DNA of 64,000 bases. It comes from Octopus vulgaris (Eukaryota). Within the stretch, counting starts at the first letter, position 1. Each line of letters begins with the position of its first letter. The stretch is taken from the NCBI GenBank assembly GCA_951406725.2, contig OX597822.1, positions 7,750,001 to 7,814,000 on the forward strand, in the 5' to 3' direction. Made by a program: the position numbers and the translations under genes. The notes beneath the pieces were generated by a model. That model was not told the DNA's origin and did no database searches. It saw only the letters and a program-made list of their open reading frames with translations. Positions 26,390 through 39,942 of this stretch are shown here, piece by piece.

Positions 26390-27380
26390 GAAGCTACGTC
26401 GACATTCCGAACTCCGACTAAAGGGGCAATTGGCTTCAAATGATCCGTGTATCTTGTTTTGTCATGTACGCTGTTGTCGTTTTATCGACCTTTTTTCCGC
26501 ACGTTGTGATTTAACGATTTCCGTTTGTTGTTTTTCTGGTCTCCCTTTGAATTATCCATGCTGTACTACGTACAATTTGTTGTATACTTTGTGGAAAAAA
26601 ATACCTTTTGAATATTCTGTACGACTCTTATCCTCTTTTCCTCGCCTTTCTCGCTTATTCCTTCGTCCTCCCCCTCTCTCTCTGTTTCTCCTTTTCCCCA
26701 ATCCCTCCTCTCTGAATCCCTTTCTACCATCCCTCTTATTCGTCAATCTCTTTTGTTTTCCTTCCTCACATACCTCCCCTGTTCCCTTTCCCTCTCCCCC
26801 TCCCTCTCATTCTTTGGTCCCTTTGATTGGTTTCCTTAGTCCATCTACCCCCTTCAACTCCTCCCCACCCCTACCACGTAATCGCTGTACTGCTCAGGCA
26901 TTCTCGTCCTTTTTCGGCCGGCTGCCTTTGGGGTCGGTTGCGTCTATTCTGCTGCCCACTCAGATTAGATTTTTCCATTTCCAGTTTCCTTGCGCTAGCT
27001 TACTACGCTCGTCGGATAGTTGAAGGACCCTGTTTGTTTTCTTTTATCTTTGTTGTAATTGAATAATCATCTTCCTCCTGTTGTATGGCCGAAAGGCCTT
27101 TTCCCATTGTATTTGTATAATTCAATTCATTTGTTACATTCATCCGATAGTCGAAAGACCCTTTCTATTGTTTACTTATTTGTTTTCGTATATGTACATC
27201 CGTTTGCTTTTAACCCAGTCGGTTTCGAGTAGTATCGGACATTCCGGACTCCGACTGAAGAGGCAATTGGCTGTGAATGATCCCTGTATCATGTTTTGCA
27301 TTGTTTGCCGTCCTCGACCTAACGTCCTTATTTTGCATGTGGTGTACTGACGGTTTCTGTTGTGTTATTTCTGTTCTACC
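26390..27380. repeat. Element with ~100-bp direct terminal repeats (26398-26490 / 27237-27325), probably Penelope-derived
   Basis: GACATTCCGAACTCCGACTAAAGGGGCAATTGGC vs GACATTCCGGACTCCGACTGAAGAGGCAATTGGC. Pyrimidine-rich interior. Confidence 0.5.
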
Positions 27381-27383
27381 TTT

Positions 27384-27426
<43 letters not shown>

Positions 27427-27427
27427 A

Positions 27428-27495
<68 letters not shown>

Positions 27496-27865
27496 CACAC
27501 ATAAATATATATATATACATATATATTTTGCATTTTCTCACATTGCCAAAGGATATTTTATATAATTATTTAATATAGATATAATATACATTTAGAACAC
27601 TCGCACCATCAAATCGTCGTTGAGGGAACAGTGCACGGTGTAACACACCTCATGTGCTCATGTACTGAAGTTTTCGAACGTCGACGTAAGATGAAGTGTA
27701 TTTTTATAAGGATGCATATCATTACTCTGTCCAGAAATTGATACCACGATTGATTTAACTGCAACATTTCAACTACTAGGCCATGAGCATACACACGGAT
27801 ACAGATACATCTGTGTATGAGCTCGCACGCCCACGCGTGTATGTGTGTAAATGAATCTCCTACTG

Positions 27866-28291
27866 TACTCTTTTACTCTTTTATTCTTTTACTTGTTTCA
27901 GTCAGTTGACTGCGGCCATGCTGGAGCACTGCCTTTAGTCGAGCAAATCGGCTCCGGGACTTATTCTTTGTAAGCCCAGTACTTATTCTATCGGTCTCTT
28001 TTGCCGAACCGCTAAGTGACGGGGACGTAAACACACCAGAATCGGTTGTCTAGCAATGCTAGGGGGACAAACACAGACACACAAACACATACACACACAT
28101 ACATATATATATATATATACATATATACGACAGGCTTCTTTCAGTTTCCGTCTACCAAATCCACTCACAAGGCATTGGTCGGCCCGGGGCTATAGCAGAA
28201 GACACTTGCCCAAGATGCCACGCAGTGGGACTGAACCCGGAACCATGTGGTTTGTTAGCAAGCTACTTACCACACAGTCACTTCTGCGCCT
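27866..28291 (-). mobile_element. tRNA-derived SINE family A, full length
   Basis: tRNA-like head with A/B boxes, internal microsatellite, tail CCAGCATGGCCGCAGTCAACTGACTGAAACAAGTAAAA. Confidence 0.9.
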
Positions 28292-29597
28292 GTACACTTA
28301 TATATTCATAAGTATTTTTCTAGATGATTATGCAGCCACACACGGACAGGTTAAAATATTTCCACAAGAAAATCTCCGCCACATACTGATAAATATATAT
28401 CTGAAACACGTACATGGGGAGTAATTAGTTCATTATCTATGAATGAAAGCGTACGTGAGTATGAGTATAATTAAATGAATATGTACATACACTAAAAGTA
28501 TAAACTCTGGATATATGTGTGTATATATGGTGAGTCGATCAAGAATTCCCACACGAAAATATGCGGAATGCTATATAATTTTATACCACAGATTCATAAA
28601 AGACTATGTCATACTTACCTGCTATTGAACTGAGGACAGGCAGTAGAATGGAAACTCTTGAAATGAAATTGGCATTGGAAATATTTTAGTTCATTACTAT
28701 TGAGAGCTAATTTTACAAAAATCCAACTCCTAGAATATTGAGCCGAAACTGTATTCACTTTTCAGATATGTCAGTAATTTACTCCCAACACCTTTAAATG
28801 CCTTAACTAAGAACACTACTATATACTTCCATTGTTATCTATAAGTAAATTTGATTACGACCACGTGTTAACGAAACCTATGTATTCGTAGAAAAACGCA
28901 GTCCTATTTCTTAACCATAATGTGATTTTCATTCAATGAATGCCCAAATCTTTAAAACTAAAATATTTGTACATACGACTAAGTGAATTTATGTAGAATG
29001 TTGTGTTGAATTTTATGGAGCTTACTTGCAATTTCCTATATTGCTAACACATTTACGGCGATAAATTCAAATATTAAGTTATTTCACTCCTTGTGATATA
29101 CAGAAAGACATTAGGGAACCACTGGAAAGTCAAATATATCACAATTCTCACTTTGTATCACACGTAAATATTTCTTTTCATATAAAATGGTTTCATACTT
29201 AATATTATGAGTAACAAAATATTGCTTTATTTTTCAAAGTATATACAGCAGTAGTCATCTACAAAGAAAAAGCGATGGAGTCGACTTGATGAAATATATA
29301 TATACATCTACCTAGAGAATTCAGGAAGTGCAAAATATGATTCTTTTCAAATGAATATATAAAACAATTTCCCTACATTTTGAGAATATTGAGAAAGCAA
29401 TCGAAATTCTACATTTCACATGAGCAGACGCAAAGCTGGTAACAAGATCTGCCAGACGTGAAACTAACGTGTAATTTATGAAGAAGGATTACTACTATAT
29501 GCTTGTGCAAATTTCTTTAAGTGAGTCAGTATGTAGTATAAAATTTCGGGGATTAGGCCACAATATGTGTGTGTATATATATATATATATATATTTA

Positions 29598-30084
29598 TTT
29601 GGACGGTTTTTCTGCTCCACTAAATTCTTTTAGCCATTATGATTCCAACATAGTAGTTTTGTAAAATGAACAGAAGTGTGATCGACATCTTCTCATGTAT
29701 CAGGAAATTGTACCCACTTTATTATGGCTAAATTCATCGTCTCTGAGTATGAAATATCTCCTCATATCTCCGGAAATTACGCCTACATTATTATGGATGG
29801 ATTTACCTTTTCTGTGAAGCTAACAAGCTTTTTTTAAAACCTTTTATAAAACTGTGCATCATTAGAGAACTTTGGAAGTCTGTTTACAATCTAAATTTGC
29901 TTTTTATAGAACTCTCTTCGATACTTCATGAGTGTAGCCTCACCCCCTAGGATGTTTGGAAAACTCATATGCGTTTTGGCTGATGAGTACGGGATACTTT
30001 GCTGCAATTTTTGCAGCTTTTAATAAAGCTGTTCTTCGTATGGAACAATTGTAGTGAAAAACTAATCCGTTCTTGTTATTTTTT

Positions 30085-30123
<39 letters not shown>

Positions 30124-30174
30124 AGAGAGAGAGCCTATCCTACATTATGTGAATTGATAATAGAGTAGTATCTA

Positions 30175-30244
<70 letters not shown>

Positions 30245-30870
30245 ATAATAAATGGAAAAGTAACATTAGGTGAGGTTATGCTATTTATTGCGGAATTAGT
30301 GCAACTCATACGCTCATGTTTATCCATAGAATGAACAAGATCAGCTGAAGTATTTAGATAATGATCGGCGTTAATGTTAGTATGGTGAACAATTAATGTG
30401 CCAAAATAATTCTCAGATATGTCTGTCTAGTTAATTATAGTGGCACCGTCATGTTTCACGATAGTAGCAACTTCAGTTATCTTTGGGCATTTTCCTCATA
30501 TAAAATTGCTCCAGTTTGTGAAAAATAGAAACGGTAAAAAACCGTTCCATTGATTATCTCTATAGTTTAGACGCCATTTTCCCACTTATTATTGGTCATG
30601 GAGTTACAATGCTTTTAATAAGACCCTCCCTCCCTTAGTATCGAAATTCATAATTACCATGAACGATTTTGATCGCCTAAGGATTCGCAAGGCCTGGTTT
30701 TGCTATGTTCTCTGCGATACTACCGTTGGTGAATGCTGTTTTAACAAGATACCTTTCAATATACTGCAGCCTCTGTCTGCAATATTTGCCTTCCATTTAG
30801 AATTATGCTGCTAGATCTTATTTTACGTTGATTTTTGAATGTCAAAATGATATTAAAGACGGCATCTCTC
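29598..30870 (-). mobile_element. Probable decayed piggyBac-like transposase splitting the T4 TIR
   Basis: Weak minus-strand motifs (HNNVGVISGDM resembling YN..MGGVD..D; LISQN resembling GT+R.NR). Heavily degenerate. Confidence 0.3.
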
Positions 30871-32099
30871 GAAAAATTTAAAAACGCATTAGCTTTAATG
30901 CTTACTGCTCTAACTGTGCGTGCTGCGACAGTTTATCCCCTTTCAATGCTAGATAGCTCACGGCTTTCAACTTATAAATAAGAATCAAGAAAGCAAGGAA
31001 AGTGGTGGGCTATATAATGAACTACAACATATGCATAATGGATGTGAACACACTAATATATATATATATAAGTGTAGCTTTTAATTATCATTTCGCCAGA
31101 GGTAAAATAGTGAATTAATTGTGGCGTGTCCATTCTCTTTTACAACAAATGTGATAACCAAAGCAGACTGTGTGGAGTTAGCACCGAAGATGTCACTCAC
31201 ATCATAGCAATTGTTCAAAAATATAACCATGGCAATACCAACCGAGGAGACATGATACTGTAGCCAGACAGTCTATAATGAGATCCGTCGAAAGGGTAAT
31301 CACAGTATGGTATAGATAATAGACACACGTAATAAGGACAACTGGTGAAATGCCCCAGTGTAAACCATAAGAAAATGTAAAGATAGCACGCTTGACATAG
31401 ATATTTGAGAGAGAGAAAAGAAACTATGTACAGTAGTAAAAATCAGCTGGCCAGCGGGGTGTTAGAGTACAGCTAAAGGTGGCAGAAAAAATACCTCCGC
31501 TGAACTATTGTATTATATACACGTGTTGCTGTTTTTGTTGTTGTTGTTGTTATTCTGTAGTTTTATTTTTATCATGTGTTTCCCTGCACTACCGAACGCT
31601 GCACTATGTGACTTGAGTATGTGCTCTGCTTTGTTGTGATTCTCTTCTTTTTACTGTATTGAAAGTGCTTTACGTAGGATGCGAGCCCTGCCTAATAGTG
31701 CTATTTTCTGTATGTTATATGTAATTGTTAGTCCTGGTGTTTTTCTGATGTATTTGTTTGTGTAATTAAATTTATACATTTAGGAATCACAGAAGAGAAG
31801 ACTTCTTTTAATGCGCCACATCGCAAAGGGATTGAAATAGTACAACAATTCGGCAGACATAAGATATTTAAATGGGGAAAATTGTCGATCAAATAAACGA
31901 AATAAACTAAATAAAGTCAATAATATAGTCATAGACTCATATATGATCCGGCAAATTCGCACATTAATATTTCAGTCTCTGTAGCATTTTGACTACAGAA
32001 AACCTTTTACGGACCGAGTTGTGTTCACAATAAAATATTTATTGATGTAACTATGAAACACCGGGGTTTAGACCTGGTTGTGTCTTCTGTCAATACCCT

Positions 32100-32570
32100 T
32101 CCTGGATAGTTGAAACTAATGACCACAAAACAGAAGATGCAATATACGAGAATATATTATTAATCGCAACAATTGTTTCGACACCTCAAGCATCGACTCC
32201 TCTTGTGCAACACTCAACATCTGGATCAGGAGTATCCGGTGGCGCAGATGTATCTTTGTCTGGTGATAAATAAAAATATAATAAGCCGTTAAAATGACTG
32301 TTCAACTATGCTACTTTTTGTTTTGTAGAGAGCCAGATGGAGGGAGATTCTTCATATATATAAAAGACCCGTCCCTCACACGGTCATTTCCTGTTCAACA
32401 TACGATATTTTCCAACTGTTACCCATATACCAACATGAAACCATGACACCGAATGACCTTCATCGACCAATCTCAGCCCTCATTACGTTATTAAAGATCA
32501 ACATTTGTCATTCAAATTCAAAAGAGCTGACGAAAAGCATCACGCTTGAAACTCAAAAGTACCAAAGAAT
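32100..32570. mobile_element. Penelope-type terminal fragments with two oppositely oriented hammerhead relics
   Basis: Minus 32163-32267: ATCAC-CAGACAA..GATAC/GTGTC-GAAAC-AATT-GTT-GCGAT. Plus 32527-32552: CTGACGA-AAAGC-ATCAC-GCTT-GAAAC. Confidence 0.5.
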
Positions 32571-32934
32571 TTTAATCAAAATATTTTGATCGATACATGT
32601 AACTCCCAATAAATTTGTTGAGTGCTCTGCTTTCGTTTGACCACTAACTCGTGTATGTATATGTATATATATATATAACATATACTAGAGTAAGCACATA
32701 AATGTGAAATAGGGTGACATGAAAGTTGCACTCGAATAACGGAGGTAAAGTAATATGCTTTATGATTAGAGCTGAATAAAAACATCACAAAAATATACCA
32801 GTCTGAGTTGAGTTTCGCTTTACCGTTCGTCGGAGAGTTGTGATTTGAAATCACAACAGTACGACGAACAGAAACTTGAAACTCTGAGTAGCAGTTATTT
32901 TCGTGATATTTTTGCAGCTTTAATAATATAAAGA

Positions 32935-32975
<41 letters not shown>

Positions 32976-33634
32976 TGTATACAGATGCAAAATTTGATAT
33001 TGTAACAATGGCGTTTTGAATTTTTACATTTAATCTTCTTTCTTTTTGTTTTTCCATTTGGTGAGACATTTATTGAACCAGTAACGTTATAGTGTAAGCA
33101 GGGCTTCAAAATTACTGGACACGACTAACAGTCATTTACAATAACTATATATTTTTCAATATTCCACTTCACATCATATTGCATGGAGGCAATTTGTGTA
33201 ACATCTTCCTATCTTCCCCACATTATTGCCTTGTTTCTTTCCACCTGGGACAAAACTTTGTTTTTATGGAACACTTTGGAAATAAACATATATGGTGCAA
33301 ATTATTTTTTTCTCTATTCACCTCATACCTTGTTCATAATTTAATTGTAATAACATAGGTTTGCGTGTATACGTATAGTGGCCATTGAGACACCGCAGAT
33401 TATAATGAAGTTTCATTTCACACGTCATTATTTAAATTAACAAATTAGACAATGCGTGATGAAGCAAAGTCTCAATATGTATGTATTCATTAGCGTATTC
33501 TCTAAATCACAGTAATTAAATACACACACATACATAGATACATACATATATATATATATACACATATATATATATATACATGCATGCATACATACATACA
33601 TACATATATATATATTTATATATATATATATATA

Positions 33635-33665
<31 letters not shown>

Positions 33666-34695
33666 CTATGTGCGTGTCTGTGTGCTTCTGTTTGTATTCA
33701 TTCTGTCGATGGAGAGGACTTTCTAAATGTCTAGGCATAAGTATAATGGTTTAGCGAGTTCTCGCATATTCCTTTCCATCGGGACGTCCAAAATCTGTCA
33801 ATAAAGAGCTTTGAAAAGCATAGGTTAAAAAGTGCTGATAGAAAGTAACTAAACAGTGAAACACACATCAGGCATCGGTCCTAAAACATATACATCAACT
33901 AGAAAAACATTCTAAACGTGATTAATGGAAATATGAATTTATCATTAAAGATATATGCAATATCGTTTAACGTATATCGACAAAGTGATCGATCTATCTC
34001 TCAGATTGTTCTGCCAAAAAATTAATCCTATGCAAGTTTATGAAGTCGAAGCTGATAATCTTTTCCTTCAATGCTATCTATCAGATTTGTTCTATCGTTG
34101 TTGTCCTTGTGATAGTTTTCCTGATAACTAGGTTTCTGTATTGTTTATTTAGGGAACTATCTGCAAGGACTCGTTATTCATTTCCTTGTCTTCCAGCCAC
34201 TCTTCTTTCTTCCACTAATGAAATAATGAAACTTAATTTTTTTCCTCTCCTGCATATCTTTTCAGCTCACAGATAATGTTTGTAGGTTCAGCAATCTATG
34301 GCCTAACACTTGAGAAATAACAATTAAGGTAATAACACCAATATCTATATGATTTGAATTTATATTACAGTTATGGAGGACTAAAAAGGAATTGTAAAAA
34401 CTTACATAAATAGACAAAAACGAATAAAAAATCCTCCTAAAAGTTGTCCTTAATTTGTCATCAAATGTTTCTTTCAACAAAATAATCTAGTTGCTCCTGA
34501 CAAAACTATCATAATTCAGACACCATTCGTTATGTAACCGTTTTGCCACAAATATAAATATCCAAGGTTTATAAAAACTGGTTTTCTTTATCCAAAGAGA
34601 TCCATTTGGGCCTTTCCAGTTTATACTCAAGCTAAATTAAATAGATCGGTCAGGAATCTCAAACAAACCTAACTCTTTATATAAGCGCAGACACT

Positions 34696-34822
34696 AATGT
34701 GGTAAGAAGTGTTCTTCCATCCACATAGTTCTGGGTTCAGTCTCACTGTAAGGCACCTTAGGCTGACGATTTTCGTACCTACCAAACATTTGTGAGTGGA
34801 AACTTAAAGAAACCCGTCGTAT
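34696..34822 (+). mobile_element. SINE family A head fragment
   Basis: GTGGTAAGAAG..GGGTTCAGTCTC..GAAACCCGTCGTA. Confidence 0.75.
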
Positions 34823-34854
<32 letters not shown>

Positions 34855-34877
34855 ATATATATATATACATGCATGCA

Positions 34878-34930
<53 letters not shown>

Positions 34931-34931
34931 C

Positions 34932-35001
<70 letters not shown>

Positions 35002-35063
35002 GATGGATAGATAGATAGATAGATAGACAGATAGATAGATAGATTGATACGTAGGTAGATAGG

Positions 35064-35121
<58 letters not shown>

Positions 35122-35141
35122 TATAGATAGATAGATAGATG

Positions 35142-35224
<83 letters not shown>
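34878..35224. repeat. (GATA)n tetranucleotide array, ~350 bp
   Basis: Direct tandem repeat with a few variants. Confidence 0.97.
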
Positions 35225-35239
35225 GCATGACATCTAGGT

Positions 35240-36860
35240 ACAATTTAAAGGATATACATTTCAACTTTTGCAACACCATTATATCACATATGAAAAATAA
35301 CCCCTCTTATATATCCCAGCCATTTTCGGCTTCGCACGCCTGCACTCTTTCCAAATCTTACACCAGAGTTTCAGTTCTAACTTTTTTGATTTCTCTATTG
35401 ATGTTCACCTTCAGTTCCCCCAGGATCTCCTGGTGGAACTGAAGGTGAACATCAATCTTGTGTTTCAGATAATTTCATGTTCACTTTCTCCTTTACTATG
35501 TTTTTGTAAAGATGAAAAAATTGTAAGTGTTGTTGTAAACATTTTTCCTGTAAGGGTTTGTAAAGATTCTCTGTGGGAGTTTGTTTAGCTTTGGTTTATC
35601 GTGACTGGAATACTTCGTGCATCCCAGTTTATCTTAGAATTATCTGTATTTGTCACGTATTTCTGAACGTGTTTACGTGGCTTAAGCATATTTCATTATT
35701 ATGCTGTTTGTTAAACCCTCTGAAGTTATTCCTTTCCTATGGTGCTGCTGGTGTCGTATAAAAGGACTACTCTGTATTCTATTGTTTATTCTCCCTGGCA
35801 TGTCGTATAAAAGGACTACTCTGTATTCTATTGTGTTTATTCTCCCTGGCAGGTTTCCAACTATTTGTTGGACTTTCTCTAAATACAACTTCATAGGTTT
35901 CTGAGGTTTCTGTTTCAATTAATAGTATACCTTCAATTCCCATTTCTAGTTTCCCTGTTTGCGAATCAATCTGTGTAATTAGTGGGCGGTAGTCATGGTA
36001 GGGTGTTTTTAAGGGTTGATCTAGGTTTCGTCAATGTCCCATCTACGGTAATTGTGACTGTAAGCGGGTATTGGTAGAATAAGTTGTAGAGTGTTATATA
36101 CATTGTTACTTTTTAACTTTATGAATGGACTTTTCACTCTGTACACTTTTAAACTTGTTCTTCGTTTTTGAGGACTCGTTCTTGCTTTCTTTCCATATTT
36201 GTAGATAAAGTAATTCCTCATTTTCACATTGTTCTTTACAGATGTTTTAAACGATCTTGCAGTTCAGCGTTTTTTTCTCCTCCTTTTTGAAGATTTCAAA
36301 TTTCATCTACTAGCCTTTGTTCATGTATTCATGCTGGTTATTGTCTATTCTCAGTTTCAATGGTTCAATCTCATTTTGCATTTTTTCTAGACATAATGAC
36401 TTTTATTGTACAGTTATTTGTTGTTCAGACTCCTCGAATATTGGGCTATGTAGCTCTTTCATTCGTAACATCGGCGAAATGGATGCTACAGCAAAGTTGA
36501 AGATATCCATCATTCGGAAATTGTTGCTTTTATACTGCTTACAATACATTCCAGAAACGTGAAGTTTCACATATTCTGCTTTTCTGATCGAAAACCTTTT
36601 TTATTATGAGAATACATTTGGGATTTATTTTGGATATTTTCATACATTGTGGTTTTATGTCCTGTTGATCGTATTTGACTGATTTTTTCTTTATATTTTT
36701 TTGCATAATTTTCCAATATGTTAGGGAAGGGAGATTTAATCATATTATTTTTTCATGTTTTCTAGTATAATGCTGCAAATTCTCTTTTTTTCATGAAGAT
36801 TGGAAAGTTTAGTATTTATTTTTATTCAGTTGTTTACGAGCTGAAGTGTTTGCTTTACCA
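35240..36860 (-). mobile_element. Very decayed LINE relic, with a local ~48-bp tandem duplication (35752-35851)
   Basis: Minus KGFRSEK (Q.GFR) at ~36580-36600 and RT domain-1-like sequence at 36700-36780. Confidence 0.35.
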
Positions 36861-37914
36861 TAACATGGATAAACTCAATGCTTCGTTGTCTTCTTGAATG
36901 ATCATTTATGAATAAAACGAATTGTGTTCCCTTATCATTAATGTAAGAAATAGCATATCTGTTATCCAGCAAGATTCATTACCGTAATACTTTCGATTCC
37001 CTATTTTCTGATATAATTTCTCGATTGTCATGGACAATTCTAATCTCTACGATAGCAAAACAAAGGAACATAAACATAGAGCGTGACTATGTCTTATGGC
37101 ACATTTTATTATAGAGATGTATATAGAGCCAATAGAAAGTGATTATAACATTGATTTCGGGAAATGATATCGTACGAAGCAATAAATGTAGGTTTATTTG
37201 CTTATCTGCTTTGGTTTTATTATCTTTTCAAAATTGCTCATATTTTGTTTGGTTCATACCGCATCCCTTAAACGATAAATTCTTAATGAGAGACAGAAAT
37301 ATAGATCGAATAATGGTGACCTTATATGTGTATATAATCGGAGACACATTCGCGATTATGTAAAGAGTATGACCAAATGCCTGCCGGAATGGAATATAGA
37401 ATTTCTTGCAAATTAACAAATAATAAATGTTAAAAATTATGCTGCAAGGAATCGATTGCACATAAGCTTCTGCGATATAGATTTACTAAAAACAATGATA
37501 CTATAATATAGATATATGAATATACGAAAAAAAAGGATTCTATACGATAGAGTGTTTAAAAAAAGGTAATGTGTAAGAGATCGAAGTTGTTGCTTATATT
37601 TTCGTGATAACAAACGCAAATCATTAAGTAAATAACAAATGAAAATACAATATTTCTTATTGGTTAAAAATTATGGCTCAAGGAGTGGCCTTAATTACAT
37701 CAAACCAGTATTCATCTGGTAGTTATTTTCTCGACCGCAATATAAGGAAAGGCAAAGCTGACCACGGCGGAAATTGATACCACTTTTCATAGTAAAATAT
37801 ATTTGCATATATAAAGCAACACATCTATATTTTCTCACAGCTCTCAAGGTTTTCTGTTATACTAACATATCCGCCCTGACATACATATATTCACGTTTTC
37901 AATATTTGTAGATA

Positions 37915-38105
37915 AAGTGTCGAGTTTGTCGAATCGTTACTGCGCCGAGGAAAAGCCTAGCGGCATATCATCTGCCTTTACGTTATAACTCAAATTTCGT
38001 CGATTACACATTTTCCTTTAATGCTTTCGGGATCGATAAAACAAAGTACCGGCTGAACGCAGGCGTCTATATACTTGACTAACACCCTACCCCGAAATTC
38101 CTGGT
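37915..38105 (+). mobile_element. SINE family C, diverged; a minus-strand fragment also lies at 37692-37778
   Basis: Similarity to 53488-53880 (TTTCGGGATCGATAAA..AAGTACC). Confidence 0.7.
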
Positions 38106-38457
38106 CCAAATTTGCCATCAAGGTGTGGGACAAGATACTGTGATAGCCTGGGCTTCAGAGGTCCACAGCTCTTCAATATCCTCCCGAAGGACCTGAGAGA
38201 CCTGCACAGTGTGGATGCAGATGTCTTTATAATAAAGCTGGACCACTTCCTGTTAGGTGTCCCAGATGAACCAACTTCAGGGCAGGAGGTTCAGATGAGG
38301 GCAGCTGCATCAAACTCTCTCATGCACCAAATGTCAATTGCTAAAAAGCATTCGTGAAGTAAAATCATATAGCAACACCGAATGGAGGTTCCCCAGCATG
38401 GCAACAGCTCGTGAACTGAAACTAGATAAAATAAAAAAATAAATAAAAATAAAAAAT
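38106..38457 (+). mobile_element. CR1-like LINE 3' end (ORF2 C-terminus and A-rich tail)
   Basis: SLGFRGPQLFNILPKDLRDL..FIIKLDHFL..VPDEP..RAAASNSL. 3' UTR CCCCAGCATGGCAACAGCTCGTGAACTGAAACTAGATAAAATAAA. Confidence 0.8.
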
Positions 38458-38559
38458 AGCGCAGATCATACAGAATTGGAATGTCTGGAAAGCTTGCAAT
38501 ATCTCTTAAATTTTCAAGAACCCCATTTTACAATTTTAAGAAGAAAAGTTGTTTGTTAT

Positions 38560-39542
38560 AGAATTGTCCGTGATATACTGCATGAAAACTAAACATAACT
38601 GAATGTTAAATGATGGATAGTTTCAATCATATATATTGTCCATTTACATGTGGCAACACCTCATCGGAGTGGCCACGGCCCAGGCTCTTGTAATTTTGAA
38701 ATATTTAGTTAAGTTACAGAGCATTTGGATTTACATATTGATCTACAGGAATACAGTAATATGGTTCGTAAATCCCCGTTTACAAGGAAATATGGAAAAT
38801 TCTGAATGGACGTCGGTTTGAGAGTCGGAAAGAAAAGGTGGTGATTTTTTTTTAGTATAGAACCTGCTGCTTTTGCCATTAATGGTAGATTTTGCAGTTA
38901 AGAACACATGCCATGTTTTAAGAATTTTTAAGATATCAACAACTATTTCCACGCAATTTGTATGCATGTTTAAGATGTCCCTTTGGCTTTAACGCGGATT
39001 AGCGCTCGGTCAGATATGAGGAACTGTGGGCTAGTAACTTCAGTCATGTTTATTTGTGGAACAAATTCTCGTGAGTGAAATTTTAACGGTTGTCTCTCTC
39101 GTATGGAAACTTTCTATCTTTGAAAAAAAAACGTCGCTTCTTTAATGATGTTATTTAACGAAGGCTTTTGTAAACATACAGATTAAAGATGTCGTCTGAG
39201 GATATCGTACACCGTTTTCCTTCGTTTATGAAGGCAATGTAAAGAGTCAGAAATTCCTCTGTGTGATCAAAAAAAAATGCAAAGTAATTCAGCTACATAT
39301 GTATATTTGAAAATTTGTGTAGCACCAATAATACAATATCAATGTAAAATTGCTGAGTTACTTTCTTTAGATGTATCACGCAGAGTTTTGACAAATATTG
39401 CCTCTAGCATACGACGACTTAACGGCAAGTATTTGAGATTAATGTACAAACAATAAAAACATAACTTTAGTTCTAAAGATATAAAATTGACAAATCATTG
39501 TCTAAACACTTTTTTTATTGAAAACACAGGAATTGAAAATTG

Positions 39543-39574
<32 letters not shown>

Positions 39575-39892
39575 CTCCTCAAAAGAATTTCCAGTGATAA
39601 GTAGTAGAGGAAAATCTCATTTGCGAAGAACATTGCAAATTAGTGTTACATTCAAAGTCCTTACAAACTCATTGCAATTGTTCAGTTTTTAGCACTACGT
39701 ATGACTAGGAAAACATTCGAGAGCGTAAGATATATATATATATATATATATATACATACATGTACGTTTATAATTAGAGTATAACAATATCGTAAACATG
39801 TGTACATGTATACAAACACACATATATATATATATATATATATATCAAAAAATATATCTGTATATTTAACTGATATATCACTCTATGCATAC

Positions 39893-39942
<50 letters not shown>

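Larger units (their letters stand above)
20560..31030 (+). pseudogene. Decayed Toll-like receptor, unit T4, broken by many TE insertions (pieces ~20560-21230, 23830-24057, 24452-24934, 28650-29561, 30880-31030)
   Basis: C..NNIPKEL, VRKLDIAKCI, IIDGAF, PNTFKCL, VLFLNHNVI..PKSLKLKYLYI (28901-). Juxtamembrane VVIYK/KRW (29270). TIR KYDSF (29333-29347), HE..KAGNKI, RRITTICLCKFL, and STYK..GKWW (30967-31008). Confidence 0.6.
31780..37691 (+). pseudogene. Decayed Toll-like receptor, unit T5 (pieces ~31780-32060, 33100-33480, 33890-34050, 34490-34680, 36870-37691)
   Basis: IRQIRTLIFQSL, LVSFHLGQN, NILNVINGNMNLSLK, FIQRDPFGPF..LKLN, NSISVIQQDSLP (36949-36984). TM FICLSALVLLSF (ORF 37139-37363). TIR ends LWLKEWP (37671-37691). 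Confidence 0.6.

Noticed and set aside
26388-27023. 211-aa ORF
   Set aside because: Low-complexity pyrimidine-rich repeat interior with no domain motifs.
29980-30000. CTGATGA followed by a short stem
   Set aside because: No GAAA or stem I/III, so not a hammerhead. The same applies to CTGAAGA at 27254 and minus-strand 13225.
33700-33790. CGATGGAGAGGA...TCCTTTCCATCG stem with hammerhead-like flanks
   Set aside because: Core and stem I are too degenerate to call. Similar case at 40065-40190.
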